Shown one piece after another: positions 39,202 through 50,402 of a stretch of DNA of 64,000 nucleotides. Position 1 is the stretch's first letter. The number at the start of each line of letters is the position of its first letter. The stretch is from the NCBI GenBank assembly GCA_000092065.1, contig CP000586.1. One strand, 5' to 3'. Under the pieces are notes generated by a model. It made no database searches. It had not been told where the DNA came from and saw nothing but the letters and a program-made list of their open reading frames with translations. A program made the translations under genes and the position numbers. The DNA comes from Ostreococcus lucimarinus. Taxonomy: Eukaryota.

Positions 39202-41922
39202 ACGACGACGGCGCGGACGCGCGGCGCGCGCGCGGCGACGGCGGCGACGACGGCGACGACGGGACGACGACGAATCGACGCGACGCGACGCGCGGCGATC
39301 GCGAGCGAGAGCGAGCGGACGACGAGCGCGGGGTACGCGTTCGGCGACGTCGAGGCGAAGTGGCAAAAGTTTTGGCGGGAGGAGAAGACGTTCGCGACGC
39401 CGCGCGCGATCGACGCGACGAAGCCGAAATTTTACGCGCTGGACATGTTTCCGTATCCCAGCGGCGCGGGGCTGCACGTCGGACATCCCGAGGGGTACAC
39501 GGCGACGGATATCGTGGCGAGGTATAAGCGAATGACGGGGCACAACGTGTTGCATCCGATGGGATGGGACGCGTTTGGATTGCCGGCGGAGCAGTACGCG
39601 ATCGAAACCGGAACGCATCCGAGAGACACGACGAAAACGAACGTCGGGAGGTTTCGCGAGCAGTTGCAGAGCCTCGGGTTTTCGTACGATTGGGATCGAG
39701 AGGTGGCGACGTGCGACGCGACGTATTACAAGTGGACGCAGTGGATCTTTTTAAAGTTGTTGGAGAAAGATTTGGCGTACCAAGCCGAGGTGCCGGTGAA
39801 TTGGTGTCCAGCGCTCGGAACGGTGCTGGCGAACGAGGAAGTGATCGATGGATTGAGCGAGCGCGGGAACCATCCCGTCATTCGCAAGCCGATGAAGCAG
39901 TGGATGTTGAAAATCACTCAATACGCCGATCGATTGTTGGAGGACTTGGACGAGCTCGACTGGCCGGATTCGATCAAGGAAATGCAACGAAACTGGATCG
40001 GTAAGTCCGAGGGCGCTCAACTCGCGTTCGCCGTGGACGGCTTGGGCGCCGACGCCGAAAAGTTGGAAGTGTACACCACTCGACCGGATACGCTCTTCGG
40101 CGCGACGTACTTGGTCGTCGCCCCGGAGCATCCGATGATCGACGCTCTTTCCGCGGGAGGCGCGCAAAAAGATCAAGTCGCCGAGTATGTTCTCGCGGCA
40201 TCTCGCAAGAGCGATCTCGAGCGCACGGAATTGAGCAAAGAGAAGACGGGTGTCTTTACGGGTTCGTACGCCGTGCACCCGCTTACGGGCGAAAAGCTCC
40301 CCATTTGGGTTGCCGATTACGTGCTCGGATCTTACGGCACCGGTTCCATCATGGCTGTGCCCGCGCACGACGAACGTGACTACGAATTTGCGCAAGCGTT
40401 CGATTTACCCATCGTTGAAGTCGTGCAAAAGCCGAAAGACACCGAAGGCGTGTACTCGGGCGGCGGAAAGATGATGAATAGCAAGTGCGCCGCCATCGAC
40501 GTGGACGGGTTGGACAACGTCCAGGCGGGGCTCAAAATCATCGACTACGTCAACGAAAAGGGCGTCGGGTACAAGAAGACCAACTACAAGCTCCGAGACT
40601 GGCTCTTCGCCCGTCAGCGTTACTGGGGCGAACCGTTCCCGGTTGTGTTCCCCGAAGACGATCCGAACACCGCGGTGCCCATTCCTGAATCTGAGCTTCC
40701 TTTGGTGTTGCCGGAGACGGACAACTTCAAGCCCAGCGGCTCGGGCGAGGGTCCGCTGGCGAACTGCGAAGACTGGGTGAAAACCGTCGATCCGCGCACT
40801 GGAAAGCCCGCGCGCCGGGAGACGAACACCATGCCTCAGTGGGCGGGCTCGTGCTGGTACTACCTGCGCTTCATCGACCCGACGAACGAAGACGCCCTCA
40901 TCGACGGCTCGCTCGAAAAGTATTGGTTGCCGGTTGATTTATACGTCGGTGGCGCCGAGCACGCCGTGTTGCACTTGCTTTACGCGCGGTTTTGGCACAA
41001 AGTGCTGTACGACATCGGCGTCGTGAGCACGAAGGAACCGTTCCAACGATTGGTTTCGCAAGGGATGATTTTGGGCGAAGTCGAGTATTCGGCGCACGTG
41101 GACGCCGACGGCGCGTTCGTCGAAGGTAACAAGACGAGCGGGTTACAAACCATCAAGGTGCCCGCGAGTGATGTCACGAAAAAGGGTGACGGTTTCGTTC
41201 TCACCGCTAACCCGAAGGTTAAGATCTCCGCGCGTGCGCACAAGATGAGCAAGTCTCGCGGCAACGTCGTCAATCCGGATGACGTCGTCGGCGAGTACGG
41301 CGCCGATTCTCTTCGTTTATACGAAATGTTTATGGGTCCGTTGCGAGACACCAAGATTTGGCAAACAAAGGGTGTTGAAGGTTGCTACAGGTTTTTGGCG
41401 CGAACGCACCGTTTGTTGGACAAAGTGACGGATGAAAAGCCCGACGACGAGGGCCTCGTGGCGTTGAACAAGTGCATCGCCAAGGTTACGGAGGAAACCG
41501 AGCAGATGCGTTTCAACACCGCCATCTCCGCGATGATGGAACTCACCAACGCTTGCACAAAAATGGACAAAGTCTCGCGCGACATCCTGGAGCCGTTTTC
41601 TTTACTTTTGTCTCCTTACGCGCCGCACCTTAGCGAAGAGATGTGGGAGCGTCTCGGTCACTCGGGATCAAATTCGCAAACGGCTTGGCCCGTCGCCGAC
41701 GAGAGCTTGCTGGTGCAAGACACGGTGGATATCGGCGTGCAAGTAAATGGTAAGATGCGAGGAACGATTTCGGTTAGCTTAGAAACGTCGCAAGACGATG
41801 CGATGGCGGCGGCGTTGGCGCAAGATTCGGTGAAAAAGTTCACCGAAGGCGTCGACATCAAAAAAATAATCTACGTGCCCGGTAAAATCCTCAACATCGT
41901 CGCCCCTCCGGCGAAGAAGTAA
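39088..41922 (+). CDS. LARS2: Leucyl-tRNA synthetase, bacterial/organellar type, with N-terminal T/A/R-rich presequence
   Basis: In-frame ATG 39088 ([24 protein letters not shown]...). HIGH motif [17 protein letters not shown] motif [10 protein letters not shown]1 editing domain, typical LeuRS blocks ([63 protein letters not shown]). Confidence 0.92.
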
Positions 41923-41947
41923 GTTCGCATCGCGCATCGCATTGTAG

Positions 41948-41977
41948 TCAGTAATCTATTTCATTCTATTTCATTCT
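41948..41977. repeat. (CTATTTCATT)3 tandem repeat in the 54-bp convergent 3' region between LeuRS and the F-box-like gene
   Basis: ctatttcattctatttcattctatttcat read directly. Confidence 0.85.
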
Positions 41978-42797
41978 ATTTCATGTCAAACTTCTTGAAG
42001 ACGTCCTCAAAATTCATCGCGTCCGAAGTCTCCGCGGGCGAACGCGGTCGATCGTCTCCTCGATCGTCTCCTCGATCGTCTCCTCGATCGTCCTCGTCGT
42101 CCGCGCACCCAACTTTCACGATCCGATTCGTGCGCTCGTCTATCGCGACGTCGTACAATTTCGCATCGCCGTCTCTTTCGAACTCTTTCTTCAGCCACGC
42201 AAACCATTCCTCCGGATCGGCGCCCCGTTCGAGCAGCCACGTCTGCTTCGCCGGCGGCCTCCGCGTCGCGGGGCACCCGTTATCGCAGCAATACGCGAAC
42301 GATCCGAGGTACCCTCTCTTCAAGCACGCCTCAGTCACGCGCGCGTCCCAATCGCATCGCAATCGCTCGCGAAGGTACCGCAAACGATGCTTCACGTGCG
42401 CGTCTCCGCGTCCTCGCGGCGGTCTCGCGATCGTCCCCAACATCGTCTCCGCCCCCAGAGATAGCCCCCAGCGCCCGAGCCGGCCCGCCGAAACTTTCCG
42501 CCACCAGATCTCCATCGGGTCGTCCGCGCGCACGGGGTGCGTGACGTCGACGCGCGCGTCGTCCTCGAACAACCGCACGCGATGCAGCGTCTTCGCTCGC
42601 TCCGGCGCCGCCGCGTTCGTCGCGCGCCGCATCGCGCGGCTCGCGCACCGCGCCATCAACAGCTCCGCGTCCGACAACCGCGCGACGACGCGTTCGCCGT
42701 ACACGCTCGGGTGCTCCGAGACGAACCGTTCGAGCGGCGCGCGCGCGTCGCCGTCGTCGCCGTCGTCGTCGTCGCGCGTCGTCGCGCGCGCGAACAT
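41976..42797 (-). CDS. hypothetical protein with F-box-like motif and (DDRG)n acidic repeat
   Basis: ATG 42797. LERFVSEHPSVYGERVVARLSDAELLMARCASRAMRRA resembles an F-box. C-terminal DDRGDDRGDDRGDDR is encoded by a 12-bp x3 tandem repeat (cgatcgtctcct, 42046-42090). Confidence 0.45.
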   Translation of the reverse strand: MFARATTRDDDDGDDGDARAPLERFVSEHPSVYGERVVARLSDAELLMARCASRAMRRATNAAAPERAKTLHRVRLFEDDARVDVTHPVRADDPMEIWWRKVSAGRLGRWGLSLGAETMLGTIARPPRGRGDAHVKHRLRYLRERLRCDWDARVTEACLKRGYLGSFAYCCDNGCPATRRPPAKQTWLLERGADPEEWFAWLKKEFERDGDAKLYDVAIDERTNRIVKVGCADDEDDRGDDRGDDRGDDRPRSPAETSDAMNFEDVFKKFDMK

Positions 42798-42980
42798 GTT
42801 CGAGTCGGCACTCGAATCGTCACTTCGCGACGTCGGTCGACCGCGCGCGCGTCCGACCGCGACGCGCGCATGCGAGAGGCGCTCGCGCGCGGCGCGACGC
42901 GCGGCGCGGCGTCGCGCGCGTCGAGCGCCGCGCGCGCGACGCGCTCGAGAGTGACGCGGCGACGCGCGCGCGTCTCAGCC

Positions 42981-44336
42981 ATGGCTGCGCGGGCGGCGGA
43001 CGACGCGCGCGCGCGCGCGAATTGCTTCGTCGAGAACCCGCGCGAGGGCGAGATCGCGAACGCGGACGTGGGCGGCGCGCGCGGAGGGCGGCTCCGGGGA
43101 CTGCGCGTCGCGGTGAAGGATAACGTCGCCGTGCGAGGGCTGCGCGCGGGCGCGGGGAACCCGACGTACCTCGAGACGATCGGGAAAGACGCGGCGGAGG
43201 CGCACGCGTCGTGCGCGCGCAAAGTGCTGGACGAGGGAGCGGTGTTCGTCGGGAAGACGCACATGGATGAGCTGGCGTGGAGCTTGCAGGGGGAGAATTT
43301 TCACTACGGGACGCCGAAGAACGCGCGAGGAAACGCGCCGGGGAAGATTCCAGGAGGATCGAGCAGCGGAAGCGCGTCGGCGGTGTGCAATGATTTAGCG
43401 GATATCGCGATCGGGACGGATACGATCGGGAGCGTGCGGTTGCCGGCGAGTTTTTGTGGATTGTACGGCGCGCGGCCGACGCACGGGAGGGTGGAGACGG
43501 ACGGCGTGGTGCCGTTGAGTCATAGTTTCGACACCGTGGGGTGGTTTGCGAAGGACGCGAAGACACTGCGCGTGTTGGGAGACGTTTTACTCGACCCCGA
43601 CACTAAAGACGCGGAGACGAGCGCGAAAATCGGTAAAGGGCGACTGGCGATGTGCAGCGACGCCTTTGCGCTCGTCGATCCCGCTGTGAGGCGCGAGATC
43701 CGTCAAGTTTTATCCTCAGAGGGCGTCAAACGCGTGTTCATCGAGGCGCGGGGTGGCGCGACGCCAGACGCGTTCGGGCTGGTCGATCTCATGCTCTCCG
43801 ACGTCGGTTTGACGGACAAGAGCGGGAGGAGCGCGTTGCCCCCCATAACCGAGTGGAGCGAGACTTTTCGCGTCATTCAAACCGCCGAAGTCTGGGGATC
43901 TCACGGCGCGTGGATCACCGAGCACAGACCGGAATTCGGTCCTGGAATTCGCGATAGGTTTCGTCTCGCCGAGGCCGGGGTCGACGCGGCGACCATGACG
44001 CATCACCGCGAGTTACGCGAACGCATCACCGACCATCTCGACGCGCTCCTCGCCGACGGTTCTATCTTGCTCCTTCCCGCCGCGCGCGGGCCGGCGCCGA
44101 TGGCCACCGATTACGATAGCGAAGAGTCTCTCAGTAAGCTCGCCGAGGCGCGAAACGCGGCGCTCGCGATCGGTGCTCCCGGCTCGATCGCGAGATTACC
44201 GTGCGTCGTTTTGCCCGCTATTGAAATAGCCGGCGAACCCGTCGGCTTGATGCTCATGTCCAGACGAGGCACCGACGAAGCCTTGCTTGCGTTCGCCGAG
44301 AAATTGGCGTGGGTGATCGGGCTCAAAGTTCCGTAG
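42981..44336 (+). CDS. Amidase-signature enzyme (plant AMI1/Toc64-amidase-like)
   Basis: First ATG in frame 42981 (MAARAADD...). LRVAVKDNVAVRGLRAGAGNPTY...GKTHMDELAWSLQGENFHYGTPKNARGNAPGKIPGGSSSGSASAVCNDLADIAIGTDTIGSVRLPASFCGLYGARPTHGRV = AS signature (GGSSGG-S-A) with Ser-cisSer-Lys triad context. Confidence 0.85.
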   Translation: MAARAADDARARANCFVENPREGEIANADVGGARGGRLRGLRVAVKDNVAVRGLRAGAGNPTYLETIGKDAAEAHASCARKVLDEGAVFVGKTHMDELAWSLQGENFHYGTPKNARGNAPGKIPGGSSSGSASAVCNDLADIAIGTDTIGSVRLPASFCGLYGARPTHGRVETDGVVPLSHSFDTVGWFAKDAKTLRVLGDVLLDPDTKDAETSAKIGKGRLAMCSDAFALVDPAVRREIRQVLSSEGVKRVFIEARGGATPDAFGLVDLMLSDVGLTDKSGRSALPPITEWSETFRVIQTAEVWGSHGAWITEHRPEFGPGIRDRFRLAEAGVDAATMTHHRELRERITDHLDALLADGSILLLPAARGPAPMATDYDSEESLSKLAEARNAALAIGAPGSIARLPCVVLPAIEIAGEPVGLMLMSRRGTDEALLAFAEKLAWVIGLKVP

Positions 44337-44366
44337 AGTCGCGCGTCTGGCGCGCGCGCGATGAGC

Positions 44367-44371
44367 TGTAA
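44367..44371 (+). promoter_or_regulatory. TGTAA polyadenylation signal after amidase gene
   Basis: gagcTGTAAtgatg 31 nt after stop. Confidence 0.4.
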
Positions 44372-44444
44372 TGATGAATACGACGACGCGTAAAACGTGT
44401 TTCGTTTCAGTTTTCTATTACAACGCGTTGGTCGTTCGGTCTTC

Positions 44445-45416
44445 CTAAGGGATTTCGAAGTAAGAATTATCTAAGGGATGAATTCTAACGTAACCATCCT
44501 CCCCGCCACTCGTGAACGAGCGACCATCGGGATTGAACGCCAGGGCGTTGATCGGACCGAAGTGTCCGCGAATGCCGCCGATTTCCTCTTCAAAAATCTT
44601 GTGGTAAATTTTAGAGTCAAACTTCCCCGCCTTTGAGCTCGTCGTCGTCACCGCCATCGCGTCTTGACCACCACCGAGCACGATGTGATCTCTAATCGGC
44701 GATAAAATCGCCGCGTTCACCGGACGATCCGCGCTGTACGTCTTCAGGCACTCCAACGTCTCGCTGTCGAACACCTTCGCCGTCTTATCCAACGACGCGC
44801 TGATAAAGTGCGAGCCATCGTCGCTCATCACCAAATGCTGAATCTGCTTCGAATGTTCCTGCGACATCTTCAAGACATCACCCGTCTCGACGTCCCAACT
44901 TCGAATGATCCCGTCCTCGCCCCCCGTGACGACTGTCTTGTTCAGCGGTCCCCACATCACGCGCGTCACCCGCCCTTGCGGTCCCTCAATCCTCTTCACC
45001 ACCTCCCCTCGCTGCGCCGCTCGATCCCCGAGATTCACATTCACGATATGTATCGCGCTCGGCACTCCCATGAACGGATCCGTCGTGATCGCGCACTGCG
45101 TCCCTCCCGCGTTCAGCGCCACCGCCCGCACCGGCTGGTCGAACTCAAACGTAAAGTAACACTCCCCCGTCTTCGTGTCCCACAGCTTCGCCGTCGTGTC
45201 CGCGCTCCCGGTGACGAGCGTCGACGAGTCATCGCTCACGTCGCACGTCCACACCGCGCCGTTGTGTCCGACGTACGTCCCGACGCGTTCGCCGTTATCG
45301 CCGTACCACAGCGTCGGGTGATGATCCTTCGCGCACGTGAACAGCAGATCGCCCTCGCGGTTGTACTTGATGAACGTCAGCGGGCGCTCGTGGCCCTTGA
45401 GCAGGATGGGGCGCAT
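44445..45416 (-). CDS. EIF3I: Eukaryotic translation initiation factor 3 subunit I (eIF3i/TRIP-1), WD40
   Basis: ATG 45416. MRPILLKGHERPLTFIKYNREGDLLFTCAKDHHPTLWYGDNGERVGTYVGHNGAVWTCDVS... nearly collinear with plant TRIP-1 through the C-terminal ...GGEDGYVRIHPLDNSYFEI. Confidence 0.92.
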   Translation of the reverse strand: MRPILLKGHERPLTFIKYNREGDLLFTCAKDHHPTLWYGDNGERVGTYVGHNGAVWTCDVSDDSSTLVTGSADTTAKLWDTKTGECYFTFEFDQPVRAVALNAGGTQCAITTDPFMGVPSAIHIVNVNLGDRAAQRGEVVKRIEGPQGRVTRVMWGPLNKTVVTGGEDGIIRSWDVETGDVLKMSQEHSKQIQHLVMSDDGSHFISASLDKTAKVFDSETLECLKTYSADRPVNAAILSPIRDHIVLGGGQDAMAVTTTSSKAGKFDSKIYHKIFEEEIGGIRGHFGPINALAFNPDGRSFTSGGEDGYVRIHPLDNSYFEIP

Positions 45417-45604
45417 GTCGCTCGATCCGTCGGCGTCGCTCGCGCGCGCGCGGCCTCGCGTCGGCGCGTGCGGCGCGACGCGCGGTCGCCGTCGAGGGTT
45501 TGCGCGCGCCGCCGTCGCGACGGTTCGTGTTTTACGCGAGTCTCGAGACGCGTCGCGTCCGCCCGCGACGATTCGAATCGTCGCGCTAAAAATACGCGCG
45601 CGCG

Positions 45605-47395
45605 ATGGCGACGGCGACGGCGACGCGCGCGAGCGACGACGCGTTCGAGTACCGCGCGCGGCGAACGAGCGCGGGGGGGTATTATCGCCCGACGGCGTCG
45701 AGCGATGGACGCGCGGGCGCGACGTACGAGGTCGCGGAACGCGGCGGCGAGCACGCGGAGGAAGAGACGAGGACGCGGAGGTTCGACACGGCGTCGGCGC
45801 GCGGCGTGACGACGTTCGACGCGCGGACGTGCGAGGCGATCGAGTTCGTGCCGATCGACGCGTGGTCGCGGGATAAGGCGAATTTTGAAAAGTTGCGGTC
45901 GATGCGAACGTTTCGACTGCACAGACTGTGGAAGGCGTTCGCGACGATGCGCGCGCACGCGCGAAGGAGAAAGTTTCGGCGCGCGCGCGCGCGGTTTAAG
46001 GAATCGTCCGCGATTTACGGTGATGCGTTCGCGGGATACGCCGTTCCGACGATGATGCGCGTGTACGACGCGTGTCACTCGATCGCGCGAGACGCGCGCG
46101 TGTTTCGGCGCGAGGAAGCGCCGGCGACGAAGGTCGAAGAATCGTACGAGTTCGACGACGAAGCGAATCTCGCGCCGGCGACGTACGACGCGCGAGCTCT
46201 GTTCGAGACTCTGCTACGACTCGCAAACGAAGGCTCGACGCACATTCGTGACGTCGCGTCGGCGATTTCCAGCGATGTGGAAATCGCCAAAGACGCGATC
46301 GAGCGACGATTTCTCGCCGATTTGGATGAGCGTCTACAGCCCATGATCGCGGCGACGAAGCGGTACCGTCGACGATCGAGCGGAACGAACGGTGGAAAGC
46401 CAGCGCTCGCGCCCACGATCGGCGACGATCGACTTGTGACGGCGTCAGAGTCGAGAGACGCGTATCCTTACACCGAGCGCGCGCTCGTGGCGGCGCTTCG
46501 AATGAAGCTGGAATCTTTCGAGCGCTCGATTTGGATGTGTTTTCGAGTCGCGATTTCGCGCGCGAGAGACGCATCGCTCGAAGAACTCACCGCGTACGTG
46601 AGGGATGCGCGTTCGTCGGAGTCAGCGATATTTCAAACCACGTTTGATTTCGAAACGTCCGCGCTCGTACCGAGCTCGGATGCGTTCGAGCGAGCGATTC
46701 GAGACGGCGCCGCCGCCTGGACGTCGTCCTCGCTCGGCGAGCGCGTCGGCGACGCCGTCGATTTGCGCTCGCTCGAGGATGAAGAGTTTGAAAATCGCAT
46801 CGATAAATTTTGTGACCTCGTCCGCGACACGTTCGCGAGCGCGCAAGAGGCGTTGCTGGTCGTCGAGACGCGGTTGCGCGAAAAATCGCCAGACGCCGTC
46901 GCGGACGCAGACGGAGGCGATGACGAATCGTCGATGATTGAACGTTTGAGCGAGATCGTGGCGCGTTCGAATGCGTTCAAGAAGGAAGTCGACGCGTTGC
47001 CAGGATCGATTCGTCCGAACGACGGCGCGATCGCCGTGGACATCGTATCGCTGAAGCGCGCTTTGAAACCGGTGGCGTCGGCGACGATTGACTCCGCGTG
47101 CCGAACCGCCGTGGATTGGGCGGCCGAACGCGCGCAGACGATCGCGCAGAAGTTCACGCGCGTGAAAACCCTCGATGATAACGACGATGAGACCAAGTTG
47201 AGTAAGATCCGTGATCTCCGCGACGAGGCGCGAGAGCTCGAGAATGTGCATTTGGCGATGAAACGACTCGGCGCAAACATTCCGGATTTCGACCGCGCGG
47301 CGTTCAAAGGCGTCGTGGAGGAGATCGAAAACGCGCTCGCGGGTGACGACGGTGGCTACGAAAAAGATGAAACAAAGCACGGCGGCGATCGTTGA
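45605..47395 (+). CDS. hypothetical protein (596 aa), basic IQ-like stretch then acidic coiled region
   Basis: ATG 45605. No recognised domain; RLHRLWKAFATMRAHARRRKFRRARARF resembles an IQ/basic helix. Composition coding-like. Confidence 0.5.
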   Translation: MATATATRASDDAFEYRARRTSAGGYYRPTASSDGRAGATYEVAERGGEHAEEETRTRRFDTASARGVTTFDARTCEAIEFVPIDAWSRDKANFEKLRSMRTFRLHRLWKAFATMRAHARRRKFRRARARFKESSAIYGDAFAGYAVPTMMRVYDACHSIARDARVFRREEAPATKVEESYEFDDEANLAPATYDARALFETLLRLANEGSTHIRDVASAISSDVEIAKDAIERRFLADLDERLQPMIAATKRYRRRSSGTNGGKPALAPTIGDDRLVTASESRDAYPYTERALVAALRMKLESFERSIWMCFRVAISRARDASLEELTAYVRDARSSESAIFQTTFDFETSALVPSSDAFERAIRDGAAAWTSSSLGERVGDAVDLRSLEDEEFENRIDKFCDLVRDTFASAQEALLVVETRLREKSPDAVADADGGDDESSMIERLSEIVARSNAFKKEVDALPGSIRPNDGAIAVDIVSLKRALKPVASATIDSACRTAVDWAAERAQTIAQKFTRVKTLDDNDDETKLSKIRDLRDEARELENVHLAMKRLGANIPDFDRAAFKGVVEEIENALAGDDGGYEKDETKHGGDR

Positions 47396-47477
47396 AGTGC
47401 TCTAATGTACTCGTGTTGTGTTACAAGACGTCAGCCCCGCGTACTAAAATTAGCGGTCTGTTATTTGTAAATACGAC

Positions 47478-48401
47478 TCACTCGGGATCGTCAAACGGAT
47501 CGAACCCATCGTCCAGAGTCCGCAACGTCGTGTTTTCGCTGTGCGTGTCGCCCAACATATCCTCAAGTCCGCGCTCCGCGGCGTCAAATTCTTCGAGTAA
47601 AGATCGCACGACGCGTCCTCGAGGCCTCGGCGCCGACGAGTCGTCGGCGCCGATTTGACGAGTTCTTCGCGCCTTGAACGGCGTCGCCGGGCACGCCGGC
47701 GCGCTATTCCTCGCGCTAGGCGACGAAGGCGGCGTTCCATACGTATACCCTTCGGCACCGTCACCCATCGTCGCCGTCGCCGCCGGCATCGCCATCGTCG
47801 CCTCGCGCGTCTCCTCGTCTCCCGACTCGCCCCCGAGCGTCGGCGTCCCTCCCGAGCGTTCCGGGCTCTCCAACCCTCCACCGCCCCCGACGCTCGCGCG
47901 CACCGCGACGGGCGACCACAGCGTATCCCCGCCCGCCATCGGCGCTCGAACGACGCTCTCCGGCGTCTCCTTCCCTCGCCCAGCCCCCCCCCCTCGGTCC
48001 GCCGCGCGCGGCGTCGGCGTCGTCATCATCGCCGCCGCCCGTCGTTTCTCCCCGACCCCACCCTTCGCCCGATCCATCGCCCGCGTCGGCGTCGACGCAT
48101 CCCGCGCCATCGCGCCGTCCCGCTCGCGCCGCATCGTCCCGTCTCCGCGCGTCGGCGTCCCGTCCATCGTCGATCCGGTCTCGCCCGCGCGTAATCGTCC
48201 GATCGCGTCGACCGCCCGCGCGTGATCGTCCGCGCCTTCGTCGCGCGCCGGTCTCGCGCGCGATCGAGATTCGCGCGGTTCGAGGCGCCCGCGCGGTTCG
48301 ACGACGCGCGCCGGTCTCGCGCGCGCGCGTCGCGGTGTGCCCAATCGCGTCGGCGCCGCTGACAATCCGCGTTTCCCGCGCTTTCGGGCGTCGTCTCTCA
48401 T
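47478..48401 (-). CDS. possible intrinsically disordered S/T/P/G/R-rich protein with acidic C-terminus (low confidence)
   Basis: Only the C-terminal ...LLEEFDAAERGLEDMLGDTHSENTTLRTLDDGFDPFDDPE looks protein-like. Track start 48563 sits on the AdSS start codon (palindromic CATG) and is not credible; first internal ATG 48401. Confidence 0.25.
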   Translation of the reverse strand: MRDDARKRGKRGLSAAPTRLGTPRRARARPARVVEPRGRLEPRESRSRARPARDEGADDHARAVDAIGRLRAGETGSTMDGTPTRGDGTMRRERDGAMARDASTPTRAMDRAKGGVGEKRRAAAMMTTPTPRAADRGGGAGRGKETPESVVRAPMAGGDTLWSPVAVRASVGGGGGLESPERSGGTPTLGGESGDEETREATMAMPAATATMGDGAEGYTYGTPPSSPSARNSAPACPATPFKARRTRQIGADDSSAPRPRGRVVRSLLEEFDAAERGLEDMLGDTHSENTTLRTLDDGFDPFDDPE

Positions 48402-48561
48402 GGGCCAAACCTTCGCTTCTGTGCGTCCTTCGCCGGGATTTATGTTTCGCTGTTCTGACGGGTCGTGACTCGACGGGTCGTGACATCTAGGGTTTGCAGA
48501 AGCCGCGGTCGATGTCGGCGGTCGAGCCCTCGCGGGCGGCGCCACACGACGACGCGACGCC

Positions 48562-50275
48562 ATGGCTCACGCGCTCGCGCGCGCGCGCGCGCCCGCGTCG
48601 CGAGGACGCGCGCCGGCGCGCGCGTCCGCGCCGGCGACCGCGCGACGATGCGTCGCGCGCGCGGCGCCGATCGCCGCGCGCGAAAAGGCTGCGCGCCGCG
48701 TCGCGATCGCGACGCGCGCGAGCGCGGACGCGCGCGGTGAATACGCGTCGCTCGGACAAGTGTGCGCGGGTACGATGAGAGCGCGCGATGCGAGGGCGCG
48801 AGGACGCGAACGCGCGCGGTCGGGGGGAGGGAGGACGGGACGCGGGCGAACGCGACCCTACGCGGCGAGCGGGACGAGACGCGAAGGCGAAGCGACGACG
48901 GCCGCGACGATGGAGGGAGGCCGAGGGATTCGAACGCGCGCGCGCGGTGAACGAAGCACGAGGCGATGGGCGCGCGGGGACTGACGGAGAGATTGATGCG
49001 TTTGCGTCGCGCGCGACAGTGCTCGGAAGCCAGTGGGGCGACGAGGGCAAGGGGAAATTAGTGGATATTTTGGCGCGCGAATACGACGTCGTGGCGAGAT
49101 GTCAAGGCGGTGCGAACGCGGGTCACACTATTTATGACGATGATGGGAAGAAGTACGCGCTGCATCTCGTTCCGAGCGGGATTTTGAATGAAAACGCGAC
49201 GTGCGTCGTCGGCAACGGCGTCGTGGTGCACCTTCCGGGGATGTTTGATGAGATTGACGCTTTATTAAAGGCTGGTGTGGACGCTCGAGGGCGTATGATG
49301 GTGTCTGATCGCGCGCATTTGTTGTTCGATCTTCATAAAGAAATCGATGGCTTGCGCGAGGCGGAGTTGAGTGGGAATAAAATCGGTACGACGAAGCGCG
49401 GCATCGGTCCCGCGTACGCCTCCAAAGCGACGCGCAACGGGGTTCGTTTGGGGGATATTCGAGACGCCGATAAGTTTGCGAACGCTTTGCGCACGCTTGC
49501 GGCGGACGCGGCGGCTCGATTCGATGGTTTCGAGTACGATGTCGAGGCGGAGATTGTGCGATACAGAGAAATCGCGTCGCGCATCGAGCCGTTCATCGCG
49601 GACACGGTCGAGTACGTCAACGACGCGCACAGGAACGGGAAGAAGATCTTAGTCGAGGGTGCGAACGCGACCATGCTTGATTTGGATTTCGGTACGTATC
49701 CGTTCGTGACGTCCTCCAACCCAGCGATTGGTGGCGTTAGCAATGGCCTCGGTTTGGCGCCGAGAAAGTTTGAAACCATCATCGGCGTCGCCAAGGCGTA
49801 CACCACGCGCGTCGGTGCGGGTCCGTACCCGACTGAACTTTTCGGTGACGTCGCCGATAAACTCCGCGAACTCGGCTACGAGTACGGCACCACCACCGGT
49901 CGCCCTCGTCGCATCGGTTGGTTGGACATGGTGGCGTTGAACTACGCCAACCAAATCAACGGCTTCACGCACTTGAATATCACCAAGCTCGACGTATTGA
50001 GCGAGATGGACGAGCTCAAAATCGGCGTCGCCTACGAGCTTCCTAACGGAAAGACCACGACTGCGTTCCCGGCCGACATCGCCACCTTGGAAAATGTCAA
50101 GGTGGTTTACGAAACCTTGCCCGGTTGGAAAACCGACATCGCAAACGTGCGCTCTTGGGACGACATGCCCGAAAACGCCAAAAAGTACATTCTTCGCTGC
50201 GAGGAGCTCTCGGGCGTCGAGTGTCGCTACATTGGCGTCGGCCCGGGTCGCGACGCCATGGTAATTAAACCGTAA
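48562..50275 (+). CDS. ADSS: Adenylosuccinate synthetase, chloroplast-type precursor; join(48562..48769,49020..50275)
   Basis: Exon 2 ORF (track 48788..) has full AdSS sequence ([15 protein letters not shown]...GGANAGHTI...[11 protein letters not shown]...[14 protein letters not shown]...[10 protein letters not shown]) but an acidic, non-transit-like N-terminus. Exon 1 in another frame ([70 protein letters not shown]) is a typical A/R-rich transit peptide. Splicing at GTACGA (48770) / ACTGAC branch / acAG (49019) gives ...[20 protein letters not shown], matching plant AdSS (...[20 protein letters not shown]). Confidence 0.88.
48770..49019 (+). other. intron of ADSS (250 bp)
   Basis: GTACGATGAG...ggggACTGACggagagattgatgcgtttgcgtcgcgcgcgacAG. 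Confidence 0.75.
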
Positions 50276-50402
50276 TCGTAATAATACCAGTACTTTCGGA
50301 CGTACAACGCGCGCGCGCGTTCGCCGACCTCGCCCCGCCGCACACCACGCCGCTTCTCGCGTCGCCCGACCCGCGACGCCCGACTCGAGCGCTCAAGTCA
50401 CG

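Noticed and set aside
38587-39618. 343-aa minus ORF upstream part (poly-[10 protein letters not shown])
   Set aside because: Antisense to the LeuRS presequence; only its last 98 codons (kept as a separate low-confidence feature) look coding.
47450-48563. Alternative plus-strand ORFs 47655..48194 and 47674..48225 and minus 47761..48486
   Set aside because: Poly-R/poly-P translations in an ~78% GC tract; only the minus ORF ending at 47478 has a protein-like C-terminus, and even that is low confidence.
48770-49019. tRNA-like T-loop (revcomp GTTCGAATCCC at ~48928-48944) and possible snoRNA in the ADSS intron
   Set aside because: Flanking bases do not form a T-stem, acceptor stem or C/D boxes; chance match.
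3439-49019. Introner-element (repeat-derived intron) hypothesis for the 250-260-bp psaN and ADSS introns
   Set aside because: The introns share only the splice/branch signals, no extended sequence similarity to each other or to other introns in the window.
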